Assembly: GCA_964016885.1 (NCBI GenBank)
Contig: OZ024741.1
Location: forward strand, 111,910,001 to 111,974,000
Length of the DNA: 64,000 nucleotides
Direction: 5' to 3'
Origin: Eledone cirrhosa
Lineage: Eukaryota
Shown here: one piece after another, positions 38,968 through 51,462 of the stretch
Layout: each line of letters opens with the position of its first letter
Position numbering within the stretch: position 1 is the stretch's first letter
Program-made: the position numbers and the translations under genes
The notes under the pieces: model-generated
Told to the model about the DNA's origin: nothing
The model's input: the letters and a program-made list of their open reading frames with translations, nothing else
The model's database searches: none

Positions 38968-41304
38968 TTTTCTATAAAGTACGTTTCATTGATATGCATT
39001 GTTTATCTTAGAAACTACGATTAAGCCTGAAAAGCAGTGTTATGAGAGAAATAATTGCAGTTCATTTTACCTAAACTCTGACCTCGTGTTTGTAAGATAC
39101 AGGTTAATTTTCTAGTATAGTCGTTTGGAGAAATAGTGCTCCTTATTAATTAAAACACTCAATATGTTAAACAATTGTTACATTTATTGAAAATGTATAT
39201 GGACCTCTGTGAAGCTGCCATGCAGTTTTCTTTAAAGGAAAGAAACTGATCGGGGTTTTTCATTTGAGAAAAATGTATATTTGAAAAATGATTACAAATT
39301 AATTAATATTTTGTATTTTTTAATGCCTCTAAAAAATTCCCCCATTAAACTAAATTTAATAATGTTCAGCAGTTTAAAACATATGAATAAAATGAAATAA
39401 AATAAAAATAAACAACATATATGAAAACACTGGTTTTAAAATAAAGTGAATGAATATTTTCATTTTGCAAGACATAAATCAATCACTCTGATTCTTTGGA
39501 AAGGAAAACTTTAACAAAATCTGATTACCTTTTAATTAAATCCATTACATGACTTTCTGAAACATTTGAAATCTCCCTTGAGTTTATGAAATTTATAGCA
39601 TGTTATATTTTGATCAATTTTGCTTAAAATTTCACTGCAAACATTGAAGTTTATCATGAAAACAGAGATTTTCTACAAGACATCTAGCCATGCATTAAAA
39701 AAAAAAAAAAAATCGAAAAATTGTATTTTATCACAAATATAAATCAATTTTTATTGCATACAAAATTTATGTAAAAATAAAATAATGATAGAGTTAATTT
39801 TATTTTGCGCCGTCTTGTATTGCTCGAGCAATAGTTTTTCTTCTTATTTTTAGTAAATAACCCATTACTTTTATTAAATCACAAACGAATACAGAAGATA
39901 TATATGGTTATACATAAAAATGAAATATTTATTTGAGTGACAAATTACCAATGTCGAAATGTTTGAGATAAGTTGTTATTAAGATTAAAATTTTCCAAAC
40001 TATTAACTTTATCTTTAAAGTGGACGCTTGCAATATTTATATCCACACCACATTTCGACTGGTTTCATTTCTGATTATCATCAGGTGTCGTTTTCCTAGA
40101 ATAGAATCTAACTATGAAAGTATATTTTTAAAATTAAGGATAATAATGTCACCACGTGAGCCATTTGTACATGCACATGAATTAGTGAATGACCACATTC
40201 GTGAAATTAGTATAGGAAGAGAGCTATACAGATGGAATTTAATCTAAAACATTTTACAAATACAGGAAAATAATATTTCGATATTATCAGCGCTTGAACC
40301 GATTGAAATGCAGTGTAGATAGGGTTCTGTGCAAACTGCTTTAAACTTATACCTGCTGTCATAATTTAAATTCAATGCATAGTCTCTGTGACATAAATAT
40401 CACAAATGTAATATGTTTCTAATTGCAAAGCAATATACTAGAAAAAGCCGGGAACATAATGGCACACACACACACATTGCACAAGCTGCAATGTACCCAA
40501 GCACCTACCAATAACCAGTATATTTCTCCTTGGACTCTATCCATCTAGGCGGTGAATTATTAGAATCATTAGAACCTCGGATAGAATGTTTTGCTCTTTT
40601 TGTTCCGGCTCTCTGTAAACTGAGTTTAAATCTCACTGAAGCCACCTTTGTCTTTAATTCTAGTGCTGGGCCCGAGTTGTCCTCTATATCACCCATTCTC
40701 TCATTCTCTGGAAGAAATCGGCAGTGGAGAGGGGATGGGTTCTGTCAGACTTAAAATGTCCTGGAGATTGGTGGTAGGCTTCTAAGTCACTACAGCTTAC
40801 CTGCTCCTGACAGGAGTGTCCAAAGGTCAACGTTTACAGAGCTTCTCCGTGAGACGAGCTACGAGATCAGTGCTTCTCCCATGGTTAATTGTATGTAGGA
40901 TGCTCTAGGATGAGCTCGCTAAACAATCTCTTCATCTTTGCTCCGGAGGGCCGAACAAAAAATATTGCATACTCTGAGGCTCTAACAATGTAATTTAAAT
41001 ATTTTCTGTTACTTGGAATTTCCATTATGGTTGTACAAATTATTGTTTGTTAAAAAATGTGTTCTCTGTTCAGCCTTTATTGTTGTAACTATCAATGTTC
41101 TTTAACGTATTGGCTGCTGAACTGGGGAATCCTAAAAACTATTCAAACCCAACATCAGAGCACGTTACCCCCCCCCCCCCCCACACACACACACGCACTC
41201 ACACACCTCGCAGACTTGAGAGGGAGTGCGGTATCTTTGCACTCGAGTGGAGGGGGATTCCTGAAAAAATAAAATGCCGGTATACCGGCATTTTATTTTA
41301 TATG

Positions 41305-41823
41305 TATATATATATACATACTACTGTACGTCTGTATACATATATGTATGTACGTATACATACTTATATTTAAGTAACAGCCGTACTAAGAAGTGAGAAA
41401 TGGAATTTCGTTTCATTTTTTCCGTTTATCGTTTTCGGTGCGCCCGGCCGATTAACTCACTCGATATGCACATTTGCTGCTCTTTAGTTAATATGCATAA
41501 GGAAAGTATATACTTTCAGACGTTCAATCATCTGGCAGGAAGGTATACGTTGCTGACGATAGCTAACAAGCTTGAAACTAGTACAACGTTCCTTTGTCAG
41601 TGTTGAACAAACGAGCAACGGTGGTTGCTAGACACTACGGCTTAATTCGGGATGTTTGTTTACAAACACACCGAGCATTATAATAAATGTTCGGTGAATC
41701 CATACATACATATATATATGTGTGCATGTATGTATATATACATACTACTGTACGTCTGTATACATATATGTATGTACGTATACATACTAAGAGTGAGAAA
41801 TGATATTTCGTTTCATTTTTTCC

Positions 41824-41830
<7 letters not shown>
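41305..41830 (+). mobile_element. ORF-less HHR-bearing unit with a terminal direct repeat (pLTR/retrozyme-like)
   Basis: ~41305-41430 is repeated at ~41730-41830, a period of about 425 bp; HHR at 41548-41588. Confidence 0.6.
41548..41588 (+). ncRNA. Minimal type I HHR (family H4); inverted copy at 44158-44195
   Basis: CGTTG-CTGACGA-tAGCTaacaAGCTt-GAAA-C(TA)G-TA-CAACG; helix III is the palindrome ACTAGT. Confidence 0.8.
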
Positions 41831-41865
<35 letters not shown>

Positions 41866-41873
41866 TAGCTGGC

Positions 41874-41925
<52 letters not shown>

Positions 41926-41928
<3 letters not shown>

Positions 41929-42148
41929 AAAGGTAAACAGAAATAACAACACAATCGGTACAGTAAATGGAAGGGATATATTAGGTTAACGCTTGATATA
42001 GCAGGAAGAAGGTCTTTGGCGAACTGGGTCTAAAAATATTCGTTGCCAGGAGAGGAAGGGGACCCACCTACATATAGAATGCTAGCTATACTTTTGTACT
42101 TTTGTACTTTTGTTTTAAATTAATCAACAGTTAAAAAGACATTGGAAT
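41926..42148. repeat. Dispersed ~220-bp repeat; direct copy at 44286-44497, inverted fragment at 4581-4643
   Basis: GTAAAAGGTAAACAGAAATAACAACACAATCGGTACAGT... matches. Confidence 0.85.
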
Positions 42149-42170
42149 TATATATATATATATATATATA

Positions 42171-42748
42171 TACAAATATATTACACAGAGAGAAGTGTGT
42201 TACACAGTGAGATGTGTGTAAAGAATTATTACATGTGAGTTTAACCGTTACTGTATGGAAAACAACACCTACAGGTTGGCAATTAAATAGAAAGAACGCT
42301 GAGTCAGAATCAAATCTCCGAAGTAGAGTTTTAAATTACCAACCCTATAACTATAAGCTTGCTGATACGGATCTATTTCGTTTCGCCACTTGTTTTCGCC
42401 ACGTGTTTTCGCCCTGCTCTGGGCAGAGTGGATATTTGCGTTCTCTCTTTCCATTAGGCTAGATGTGTAGCTAACAACTCCACACTTGCCGACTGAGGAC
42501 CCTGTGGACTTTTACACTACACATTTCAGTGGCGAAACGAAATAGATCCGTATCAGCAAGCTTATAGTTATAGGGTTGGTAATTTAAAACTCTACTTCGG
42601 AAATTTGATTCTGACTTAGTGTTCTTTCTATTTAATTGCTAACCTGTAGGTGTTGTTTTCCATACAGTAACGGTTAAACTCACATGTGATAATTCTTTAC
42701 ACATATCTCACTGTGTAACACACTTCTCTCTGTGTAATATATTTGTAT
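42171..42748. repeat. Inverted repeat with ~220-bp arms (42171-42390 / 42528-42748)
   Basis: Reverse-complementary arms; the right arm extends further to (TA)n at ~42842. Confidence 0.9.
42485..42560 (+). ncRNA. Type I HHR (family H5)
   Basis: CTTGCCGA-CTGAGGA-ccCTG...CAGtggc-GAAA-CG(aaatagatc)CG-TA-TCAGCAAG. Confidence 0.65.
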
Positions 42749-42839
42749 TTGAGCTCAGTTGAAAATTCTCTGTTCTTCTTTGAGCTAATATTATTATTAC
42801 TGTGAACTGCGGAATACTCTAATTCCGATCCTTGTATAA

Positions 42840-42876
<37 letters not shown>

Positions 42877-42878
42877 AG

Positions 42879-42909
<31 letters not shown>

Positions 42910-42914
42910 ATATA

Positions 42915-43492
42915 TGGTGGCTGCCAACTCGTTTACGAGTACGGTCACTACTTTATATCCATGTAGGAGGACCCCTACCAATGCACTGAACGAGTGTGAC
43001 TTTTTAGTCCAGCCAGCGACTTGAAAACGCTGGTACAAACACTACACTTGTGAAAATTATTGACACTTAGTGCTGGGCCCATGGTACCATGTGACGACAA
43101 GTGCAGAGAGATCTCCAGATATAAAGCAATGCCTGTGCCATGAAGCTTTTATAGTGAGCAAAGGCACTGCACAAAGCCAGTCCCACTCTCTTAACCAAGA
43201 TGATATTTACCAAAAAGAAGAACAAGTCAACATCATTGGATACCATCAGGGTTGCAGGTGTTATATCAGAGTTTTCCTTCTAGAATTCTGCCTTGACAAA
43301 GGCTAAGGGGTCATCTCTCCCGGTTATTTTGGATGGCCATTGACAGGTTTTGTTTTTAGTCCTGCAGGATGTTCAAAGTCACCCTCCTCACCAAGAAACC
43401 TTGGTGGGGTTGCCAGTTTAGTCGCCAACGACCCGACCATGGGACAGGTTGTACTGGAATACATGTTACCAGTAGCACCAACTGGTGACCTC
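42915..43492 (-). mobile_element. Internally deleted RTE-like element (5'UTR joined to 3' end)
   Basis: The 3' part encodes KCSVCTSVFKSLAGLKSHTRSVHW*. The 5' part GGCGACTAAACTGGCAACCCC...GGTGAGGAGG...AAAAACAAAACCTGTC resembles RTE 5'UTRs. Confidence 0.5.
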
Positions 43493-43621
43493 ACATATAT
43501 ATATATATACATATATATATATACATATATATATACACACTTATATATATATATGTATACATATATATATACATATATGTATACATATATGTATACATAT
43601 ATATATACATATATATATACA

Positions 43622-43666
<45 letters not shown>

Positions 43667-43889
43667 TATTATATATATACATATATATTATATATATATA
43701 TATATTATATATATATATATATTATAAGTTAGATCGCAGATATAATAAAAGACAGCGAGAAGCGAAAACCAACCAAACAGTGAGTGTGTTCTGTTATTAA
43801 TTCTGGCAATATTACGCAAATATGACCCTCCCCAAGTATAACAATATATATATATATATATATACTAGCTGGCCCATATATATATATAT

Positions 43890-44195
43890 ATAAACGGAAA
43901 AAATGAAACGAAATTTCATTTCCCACTCTTAGTACGGCTGTTACTTAAATATAAGTATGTATACGTACATACATATATGTATACAGACGTACAGTAGTGT
44001 GTATATATATATACATACATGCACACATATATACATGTACGTATGGATTCACCAAACATTCATTACAGTGCTCGGTGTGTTTGTAAACAAACATCCCGTA
44101 TTAAGCCGTAGTGTCTAGCAACCACCGTTGCTCGTTTGTTCAACACTGACAAAGGAACGCTGTACTAGTTTCAAGCTTGTTAGCTATCGTCAGCA
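43890..44195 (-). repeat. Inverted copy of the H4 unit
   Basis: Reverse complement of ~41551-41830. Confidence 0.85.
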
Positions 44196-44251
44196 TATAT
44201 ATATACATACTACTGTATGTCTGTATACATATATGTATGTACGTATACATA

Positions 44252-44289
<38 letters not shown>

Positions 44290-44530
44290 AAAGGTAAACA
44301 GAAATAACAACACAATCGGTACAGTAAATGGAAGGGATATATTAGGTTAACGCTTGATATAGCAGGAAGAAGGTCTTTGGCGAACTGGGTCTAAAAATAT
44401 TCGTTTCCAGGAGAGGAAGGGGGCCCACCTATATATAGAATGCTATACTTTTGTACTTTTGTATTAAATTAATCAACAGTTAAACACACATTGGAATAAT
44501 AGGTTGTTACCAAAAAGCCAGAAGATTGTC

Positions 44531-44980
44531 AAGTCGACTCTAAATATGACTAATAGCTCTAGGAAAGCCATGAACGACACCACATCTTTTAAACTTTGAT
44601 TTCGAAAGGTTTATAATTATTAATTTTCATTATACTGTCGTAGCTGTCTCGGCAGCCCAGTTGGAGGAATCATAGATGGTCGTGATCCTGGTCTGAAGTT
44701 CGATCCTGGTCAGGGCGGGTCCCCGGTAAAACTTTTCAGTTTTTTTCTATGGGATGTAAAATAAAAACTGAAAAAGATTACATGTATCTCTTGGCCAGGA
44801 TTGAACCCAAAGACAGGATCTCCACCGTCTCTTGTACCCACAGCTAGTCCACTGAGACAACTACGAAAGTCGCATGAAAATTGATACTTATAAGCCTACT
44901 TTCAAAGTTTTGAAAACACATTCATATGGTGTCGTTCATGTCTTTCTTAATGTTATTGCTCCTACTTAAGGTCGGCTTTT
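44531..44980. mobile_element. Old foldback/MITE-like element with a tRNA-like (B-box) segment in each arm
   Basis: GAAAGCCATGAACGACACCA...GTTCGATCCTGGTCA...TTTTCAGTTTTT versus AAAAACTGAAAA...TGGCCAGGATTGAAC...TGGTGTCGTTCATGTCTTTC. Confidence 0.65.
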
Positions 44981-45345
44981 AAATCATTTGGGTGTTCCAT
45001 AAACTACAGCCTCCTTTTGTTTCTCATTTATCTAGACTATATTTTAACCTGTAATCCAGGTTTCATTTCTGTTGCACCTCATTTCTTCCCCCCTCTCTCT
45101 TTCTCTCTATGATATTTGAATTTGGGCTTACTTTATTCATATATATATATGTTTTTCCATGTCAGTTGGATTCAAACTTACAATGATTGGCATTTTGTAT
45201 ATATATATATAAATATATAATCGGTGTGAGATGCTTAAAGCTTCCGTATGCGGTAGGCCGTTTGAGCACTCGATACTCTTACAGAGCAGAGTATAATATC
45301 ACATAAGAAACTGAGAATCAGTGGTGTGACGAATTAAAATTTATT

Positions 45346-45442
45346 AGACATATTACAATCGTTTCTCTGGCGACCAGCTCAAGGCACGATCGATGCGATG
45401 ATCGAACCTGACTCTGGAATTGAAAGATCCTCAGATACGTCT
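45346..45442 (-). ncRNA. Type I HHR with ~60-nt helix II (family H6)
   Basis: Reverse complement: AGACGTAT-CTGAGGA-TCT..CCAG..TCAGG..CGATC/GATCG..CTTGA..CTGG..AGA-GAAA-C(GATT)G-TA-ATATGTCT. Confidence 0.75.
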
Positions 45443-46536
45443 CGATCTTTCGAAGCAGAATTTCTAAATGTCCAGCTAACTCCGCGGCCTTCGCTCGCCA
45501 GCTTGTATCCTGTTCTTGCGGTCGGTGAGTGGTCAAGAATTGTACACGTCATCGGTATTTCTGACCACTTATGGCCGTTCATTTTTCTGGTTCCATTCAT
45601 ATGTCACCTGTCAATCAAAGTTGTCCCTTTTAGCGGAATTACTGCTGTAGGAGGTAAGGGGTTGTATGGTCGAAACGCTCGCGCACTGCCGCAGCCGTCT
45701 CAGCCTGCAGACGCCCACACACGTATCCATGTTTCGCGCAGTTGTGATACATATGGGCACGTATACACACACAACAATCACATACTCATCCGCAACTGTA
45801 TTATATACGAAGATCACAGTAAATATTAGATGTGCAGCGAATGCTTAGAAAGAATTTAAAATAAAATGGAAAAACATCTTAAAAAAAACGTTTAAAAAAA
45901 ACACCCTCAAAATACGTTAAAAAACACATTTAAATAAAACTCTTTAAAAAAACACTTTAAAAAAAACATTAAAAAAAATGCTTGAAAGAGCCTCTCAAAA
46001 AATTATTTCAAAAGTATTTCTGATAAATACACACACACACACACACACAAACACTGTACTCAGGAAAGCATATATATTTAAGGCACATATACTTGAAACA
46101 ATACATATGGATGCACATATACAGGTGAAAAAACGGAAAATCTACACATAGATATGCATACATTTACACAGACATGTACATATATATACATACACACACA
46201 CATGCATTCGCATGCAAATATATATATATGCATACACATACATACATGTACCCACGCATACGCATGCACATGGGCATGCTTATACATCTTAAAAAGCACA
46301 TACTTGACGAATACCTACATATCCACACACATACAACTGTGCACAAAACGCATAAAATATTATATGAAAAAACCTTCGTGAGGCGTGGAACCCAATACAT
46401 TCATGAGGCCATATATGCCCGAAAGTGCATGCATAATATGCATAAATGCAAGAATTACGTATCAGCCACGTACTAATGACAAATAACAGGATGGGGTGCG
46501 GTGGGGGGTGGGGGTTACATATATGAATGCGTGTAC

Positions 46537-49455
46537 TTACATAAAATAAAATAAAATAAAATACTTGAAAAAGAATGTATACATGAAAAAGGTGCAAAGA
46601 AGGTATCTGTTCAATCCACCAGGATATTATTGGGATGTGTATAAAGATGTGCAAAAAGATGTGCAAACAGCAAGTGGACTTAGTTCAGCTGGATATAGCC
46701 AATTACTACGCTTCCATTTCACCAGTAATTATAAACAAGGCTCTCATGAGCGCAATGGCCAGGTCCAACCTCACTAGAGGGGAAGTGGACATCATTATAG
46801 CAGCTAGAGATATGCTAATAAGGTTTGACGGTAGATTATGGCAAAGGAGTGACAGACCCGACAGTTTCGACATCACTATAGGGTCTAGCGACTCCGCACC
46901 GGTGACGGATCTGGTGGGAATTTACCTACTCTATAGGTTAGCAGAGGAGATACCAGGGATAGGTGGAGGAATATATAGAGACGTTGCCCTATTTACCCTC
47001 CGCTCCTAAACTCTATCCAGCTGGAGCGCATGCGGAGCGCATCTCATATTTTTTTTAAACAGCACGGCTTATCTGTGCTAATAGAAACTAGCACTAAGAC
47101 GATGAACTTCCTAGACGTATCCTTAGAACTGGATACAGTCTTATACCGACCATATCACAAGCCCAACGAGAAACTGAAATACGTAAACAGGCACTCAAAT
47201 CACCCCAAGTCTGTTATAGACGCTATAGTCAAAGGGGTATCTAACCGAGCATTCACATTGTCCGCCAACGCGGATGTGTTCAAGCAACACGCCGACTACT
47301 ATATCGAGGCACTGGGCAGGGCCGGTTACACAGAAGCCATAGTGTACACCCCGGACAAGGGCAGGCCGTAAAACGAGGAACGCAAACACCCGGATACCAT
47401 TAGTACTAATGGAGGCAGACAAACTACCCGGGAGCACACACAACATTATGAATAGGATTATTACGTACGACAAGGAAGAAACCACGACGCATAGACAGAC
47501 AAAGGCGCATGGGGGCCCTGGGGATCCCAGCACATGCAGACTGAACCGTAACAACAGATCAGACGACAGGGAAACCAAGGATAGTGAAGTAGTTAACGCA
47601 GCACAGGACATAGAACACGCTAGAGAAAACACCAGGATAAATAACACTTACACTGATACGGCGGGATACTCGGATAGCAGCACGGGGATGAAAACTAGGG
47701 CCAGTAGTCATGTCCAGAGCAACATAAGTGAATGCCTTTCTCCCGACATAAATAGTAGTTCTAAGCATAGGGATAGCATAGGGGCTGAAATAGGAGTAAG
47801 GCGTAACCCGAGAAACGAGTATGACACTGCACACATTACTAGTAGCAGGCGACGGAATAAGAATATGTCTAGAAACATAACGTGGTTCAATGCACCCAAC
47901 GTGCCAGGCCTCTTCTTCAGGGCATTGGACGAGTGTTTCCCGCACAGATAAACAAAATATTCAACCGCCACACCGTGAAGTTCACCTTTTCCTCGGCACC
48001 CAACATGGCAGACTACATGGCCAAGGCCAATGCAGTGAAAATGAGGACACCCCACCGCCAAACATTACAGACCACAGGCACCTCGGGGGGTGGGGGATGA
48101 GGGGAGCGCATGGGGAAGTGGCTATTGGTTCCGGCGATGCAACGGGGAGCGGCCCCGTGACCGTAGAGGACGCAACACTTGACAACAGAAACCCGCAGGT
48201 GGTGAACATTGATTCCCCCACTCTGCCGAAACACCACAGGAGGATCGGGGCGAACCCCACCAAGACGTCAGGTCCACATAAAGGTGCTGACAAAAATGAT
48301 GCACGGACATGTAACTGCCGTGTAGGTGAACAGTGCCCTCTGCAGGGAATGTGCCTGACAAAGGGCGTTGTCTACAGATGTGTGGTCACCACGCACAATG
48401 ATAGGCACACCTACATCGGGGCAACATCCATGACTTTTAAATCGGGGATGTACAACCACAATAATTTGTTCAAGAGACACTCCACCAGACTTGCGGACCT
48501 AATATGGGGACTCAAAGACTGGCACGACGTTTGACCTCAGCTGGAGTATCGTCCAGCGCGCGAATCTGCACTCGGCTGGCGAGAAGAGGTGCAGGTTGTG
48601 CCTGTCCGCGGCTATGGAGATAGTAAAACTAAAGGGCGACGAAGTCAACCTCCAATCTGAAATCATCATGGCCTGCAGATACCAACGTAAATGCCACTCT
48701 CCGCTTTAGTGATACCGGATGGGTCTAACTAAGGCCCTACCGCTATGACGATGCTAGTTGGGGCGCCTGCAGCGGACCACAACATGCGACAGCATACCAA
48801 TGAATGCCCGGCGGAACAAGCTGAAATCAACGGCAGATCCAACGATACATACCTCGTTACATACTTTGGATAACACCGTCCTACCAACATGGGGACGCCG
48901 ATTCAATATAAGTCTGATTTTGTTTACAACCTTATCTGTGGTTTTGAGTTTGAATTTGAATTTTTAATTTTTAATTTTTGATTTTTGATTTTTAATTTGC
49001 AACTTTAATGTTGGACTTGATGTTGGACTTAAGGTTAATGTTGAGGTTAATTCTAACTTTGCCTGCCGTTGCCATATGCATGCCTACGACACAAGCCGTT
49101 GGTATATTCCATGTATGCATCCATTCCATGTACATTTCATATATACTGTTATGAAAGGCATATTCTCCACATTTCCGATATATATAACTCGTTTGTGTAT
49201 ACCTAGACGGTCCCCTGTGTCCACCTGTCATGAAATCTGTCTCATCTGCATGGTTGATGTGCAGGTTCTCACCCAGTCCCTTGGATCATCAGTCGTTCTG
49301 TATTTTATATAACCCTATGCATCACAGTCTTTAAGTATTTTATGCAACTTTATGCACATCCCAATAATATCCTGGTGGCTTGAATATATACTTTCTTTGC
49401 ATCTTTTTCATGTACATTCTTTTTCAAGTATTTTATTTTATTTTATTTTATGAGT
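46537..49455 (+). mobile_element. 5'-truncated PLE (YRDD lineage) with an inverted copy of its 3' end at the 5' junction
   Basis: ORFs 46635..47009 (QLDIANYYASIS, FDITIGSSDSAPVTDLVG, IYRD), 47030..47371 (MNFLDVSL, SNHP) and 47890..48534 (CNCRVGEQCPLQGMC, TYIGAT). 46537-46655 is the reverse complement of ~49340-49453. Confidence 0.9.
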
Positions 49456-49456
49456 C

Positions 49457-49889
49457 AGGTACCCACGGAAATATATATGGTGTCTATAATAGTGGTTGTT
49501 CTATGGTACTAATTTGAGATACCAGAACTGTAAATGTGAGCGGAACAAGTAAACATTAAACAATCTTTTAAATAAATTAAAATACGATTTAAATATTTAC
49601 CTCTTCTAGTGCCATGACCGACAGTTTTGCTTATCAAAAGATTGGAAATTCAGAGAATTTCCAAAACAGCTATATCTTTCCATTGGAAATTCTCTGAATT
49701 TCCAATCTTTTGATAATCGAACCGTCGGTCATGGCACTAGAAGAGGTAAATATTTAAATCGTATTTTAATTTATTTAAAAGATTGTTTAATGTTTACTTG
49801 TTCCGCTCATATTTACAGTTCTGGTATCTCAAATTAGTACCATAGAACAACCACTATTATAGACACCATATATATTTCCGTGGGTACCT
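49457..49889. repeat. Palindrome with ~207-bp arms and an 18-bp spacer
   Basis: AGGTACCCACGG...GAATTTCCAA / TTGGAAATTC...CCGTGGGTACCT. Confidence 0.95.
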
Positions 49890-49913
49890 AGTACCTACTG
49901 GAATATCTATATC

Positions 49914-49977
<64 letters not shown>

Positions 49978-49994
49978 ATATATTTATATGTATA

Positions 49995-50089
49995 TAGGGT
50001 GTCCCACAAATATATACACACTTCAACACCATTCTAATAAATATAGCCTGTACAGTTAATCAAAGTGTGTATGCATCTTTGGGAATACC

Positions 50090-50092
<3 letters not shown>
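49995..50092. mobile_element. Tc1/mariner-type MITE
   Basis: Imperfect TIRs TAGGGTGTCCCACAAAT..ACACAC / GTGTGT..TCTTTGGGAATACCCTG, flanked by TA. Confidence 0.6.
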
Positions 50093-50130
<38 letters not shown>

Positions 50131-50399
50131 ATTTATATTGGGTAGATCTAGTCGTTCCGATTAGCAGATAATGATGCTATAGGCAGAAGCACTCAACGTT
50201 AAGCGTTGATGTATTATCTTGTGTTTGGTGCAAGAACGAAGTTAAATGCGTTAATGAAAAAGAAGGCCGGATTCCAAATATTCCTTTAATGTTGCAAAAA
50301 TCTCAAAGCGTATTTCTATACCTGACAGGTTAACCACATCAAATTATGACGTAAGGCACACGGTGACGTCCTCAGGTGTGTTTCACAAAGATTAAATAA

Positions 50400-50656
50400 T
50401 CAATTCCGGCAAAATATAAACAACGAATAGAATTGATACTGAGGCAATCTGCCAGTCTCTGGGATTACTGTGACAGAAGGTCTCCGTCTTATATATAAAA
50501 GATAGGTTTCTGCAGTTTTTCATTTATGAAATTCTACTCAAAAGGCTGTCAATTCGACGCTATAGCAGAAGACACTAGCCCCAGTTGCTGCAGATTGAGA
50601 CTAATGCCAGAACCACGTGATTACAAAACGAACTCATTAACCACACAGCCATGCCT
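50400..50656 (-). mobile_element. Diverged copy of a second tRNA-derived SINE family
   Basis: Reverse complement: GGCATGGCTGTGTGGTTAA...CACGTGGTT...AGTGTCTTCTGCTATAGC. Confidence 0.55.
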
Positions 50657-51381
50657 GAGTAAAGGTTTTATTTTCTTAAAGACACAATAATACCCCCTTC
50701 ATTTATATGCATTCTCTATCGAGGAATTGTCACTGTTCCTGATGAGAATTTTATGGTTATTTATTTTCCCTTTTTTGAACATTAAAATCCCTGGATCTAT
50801 TAATATTTCGAGAGCTTTCCAGCATTATATTACATCTGAAGAGGTTGTGAATGCTGGCAGTTATTGCTATTTCATAGTCGAAAAAAATTCTTGTCTGATA
50901 ATTGTTTTTATGATGGTGTAGTTATTGCTAGATTTCAATTTTTATATTAGTGTCAGGTTACTCTAGCAACTAGAAAATGCATTGGTCATGGTGTCTGCTC
51001 ATTCTTTGTTGTCAGGCTGTTGCTAGCTGCAAGTTATTGTTTGCATTGCATATTACTATTGTGGAAAATAGAAAACAAGTTGCTAAATTGCGCATAGACC
51101 ACTTTAATGTATGTATGTATGTATGTATGTATGTATGTATGTATGTATGTATGTATGTATGTATGTATGTATGTATGTATGTATGTATGTATGTGTGCAT
51201 GTATCTATATGTATATGTATGTATACACACACACACACACACATATATATATACGCATATACACACATATATGTGCATATATTGAATATCATATTATAAT
51301 GGTGTCCCAGGATAAGCACAGCCCAATAGCTTCAGTGGAAAGAATATCTGCATACACACACACAAACACAGATACATACAC

Positions 51382-51454
<73 letters not shown>

Positions 51455-51462
<8 letters not shown>

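Noticed and set aside
40057-40085. CTGATGA-taatcagaaat-GAAACCAGTC on the minus strand
   Set aside because: Helices I and II do not pair convincingly.
40505-40960. Non-repetitive, moderately GC-rich stretch with short ORFs
   Set aside because: No recognisable motif and no long open frame; needs BLASTX.
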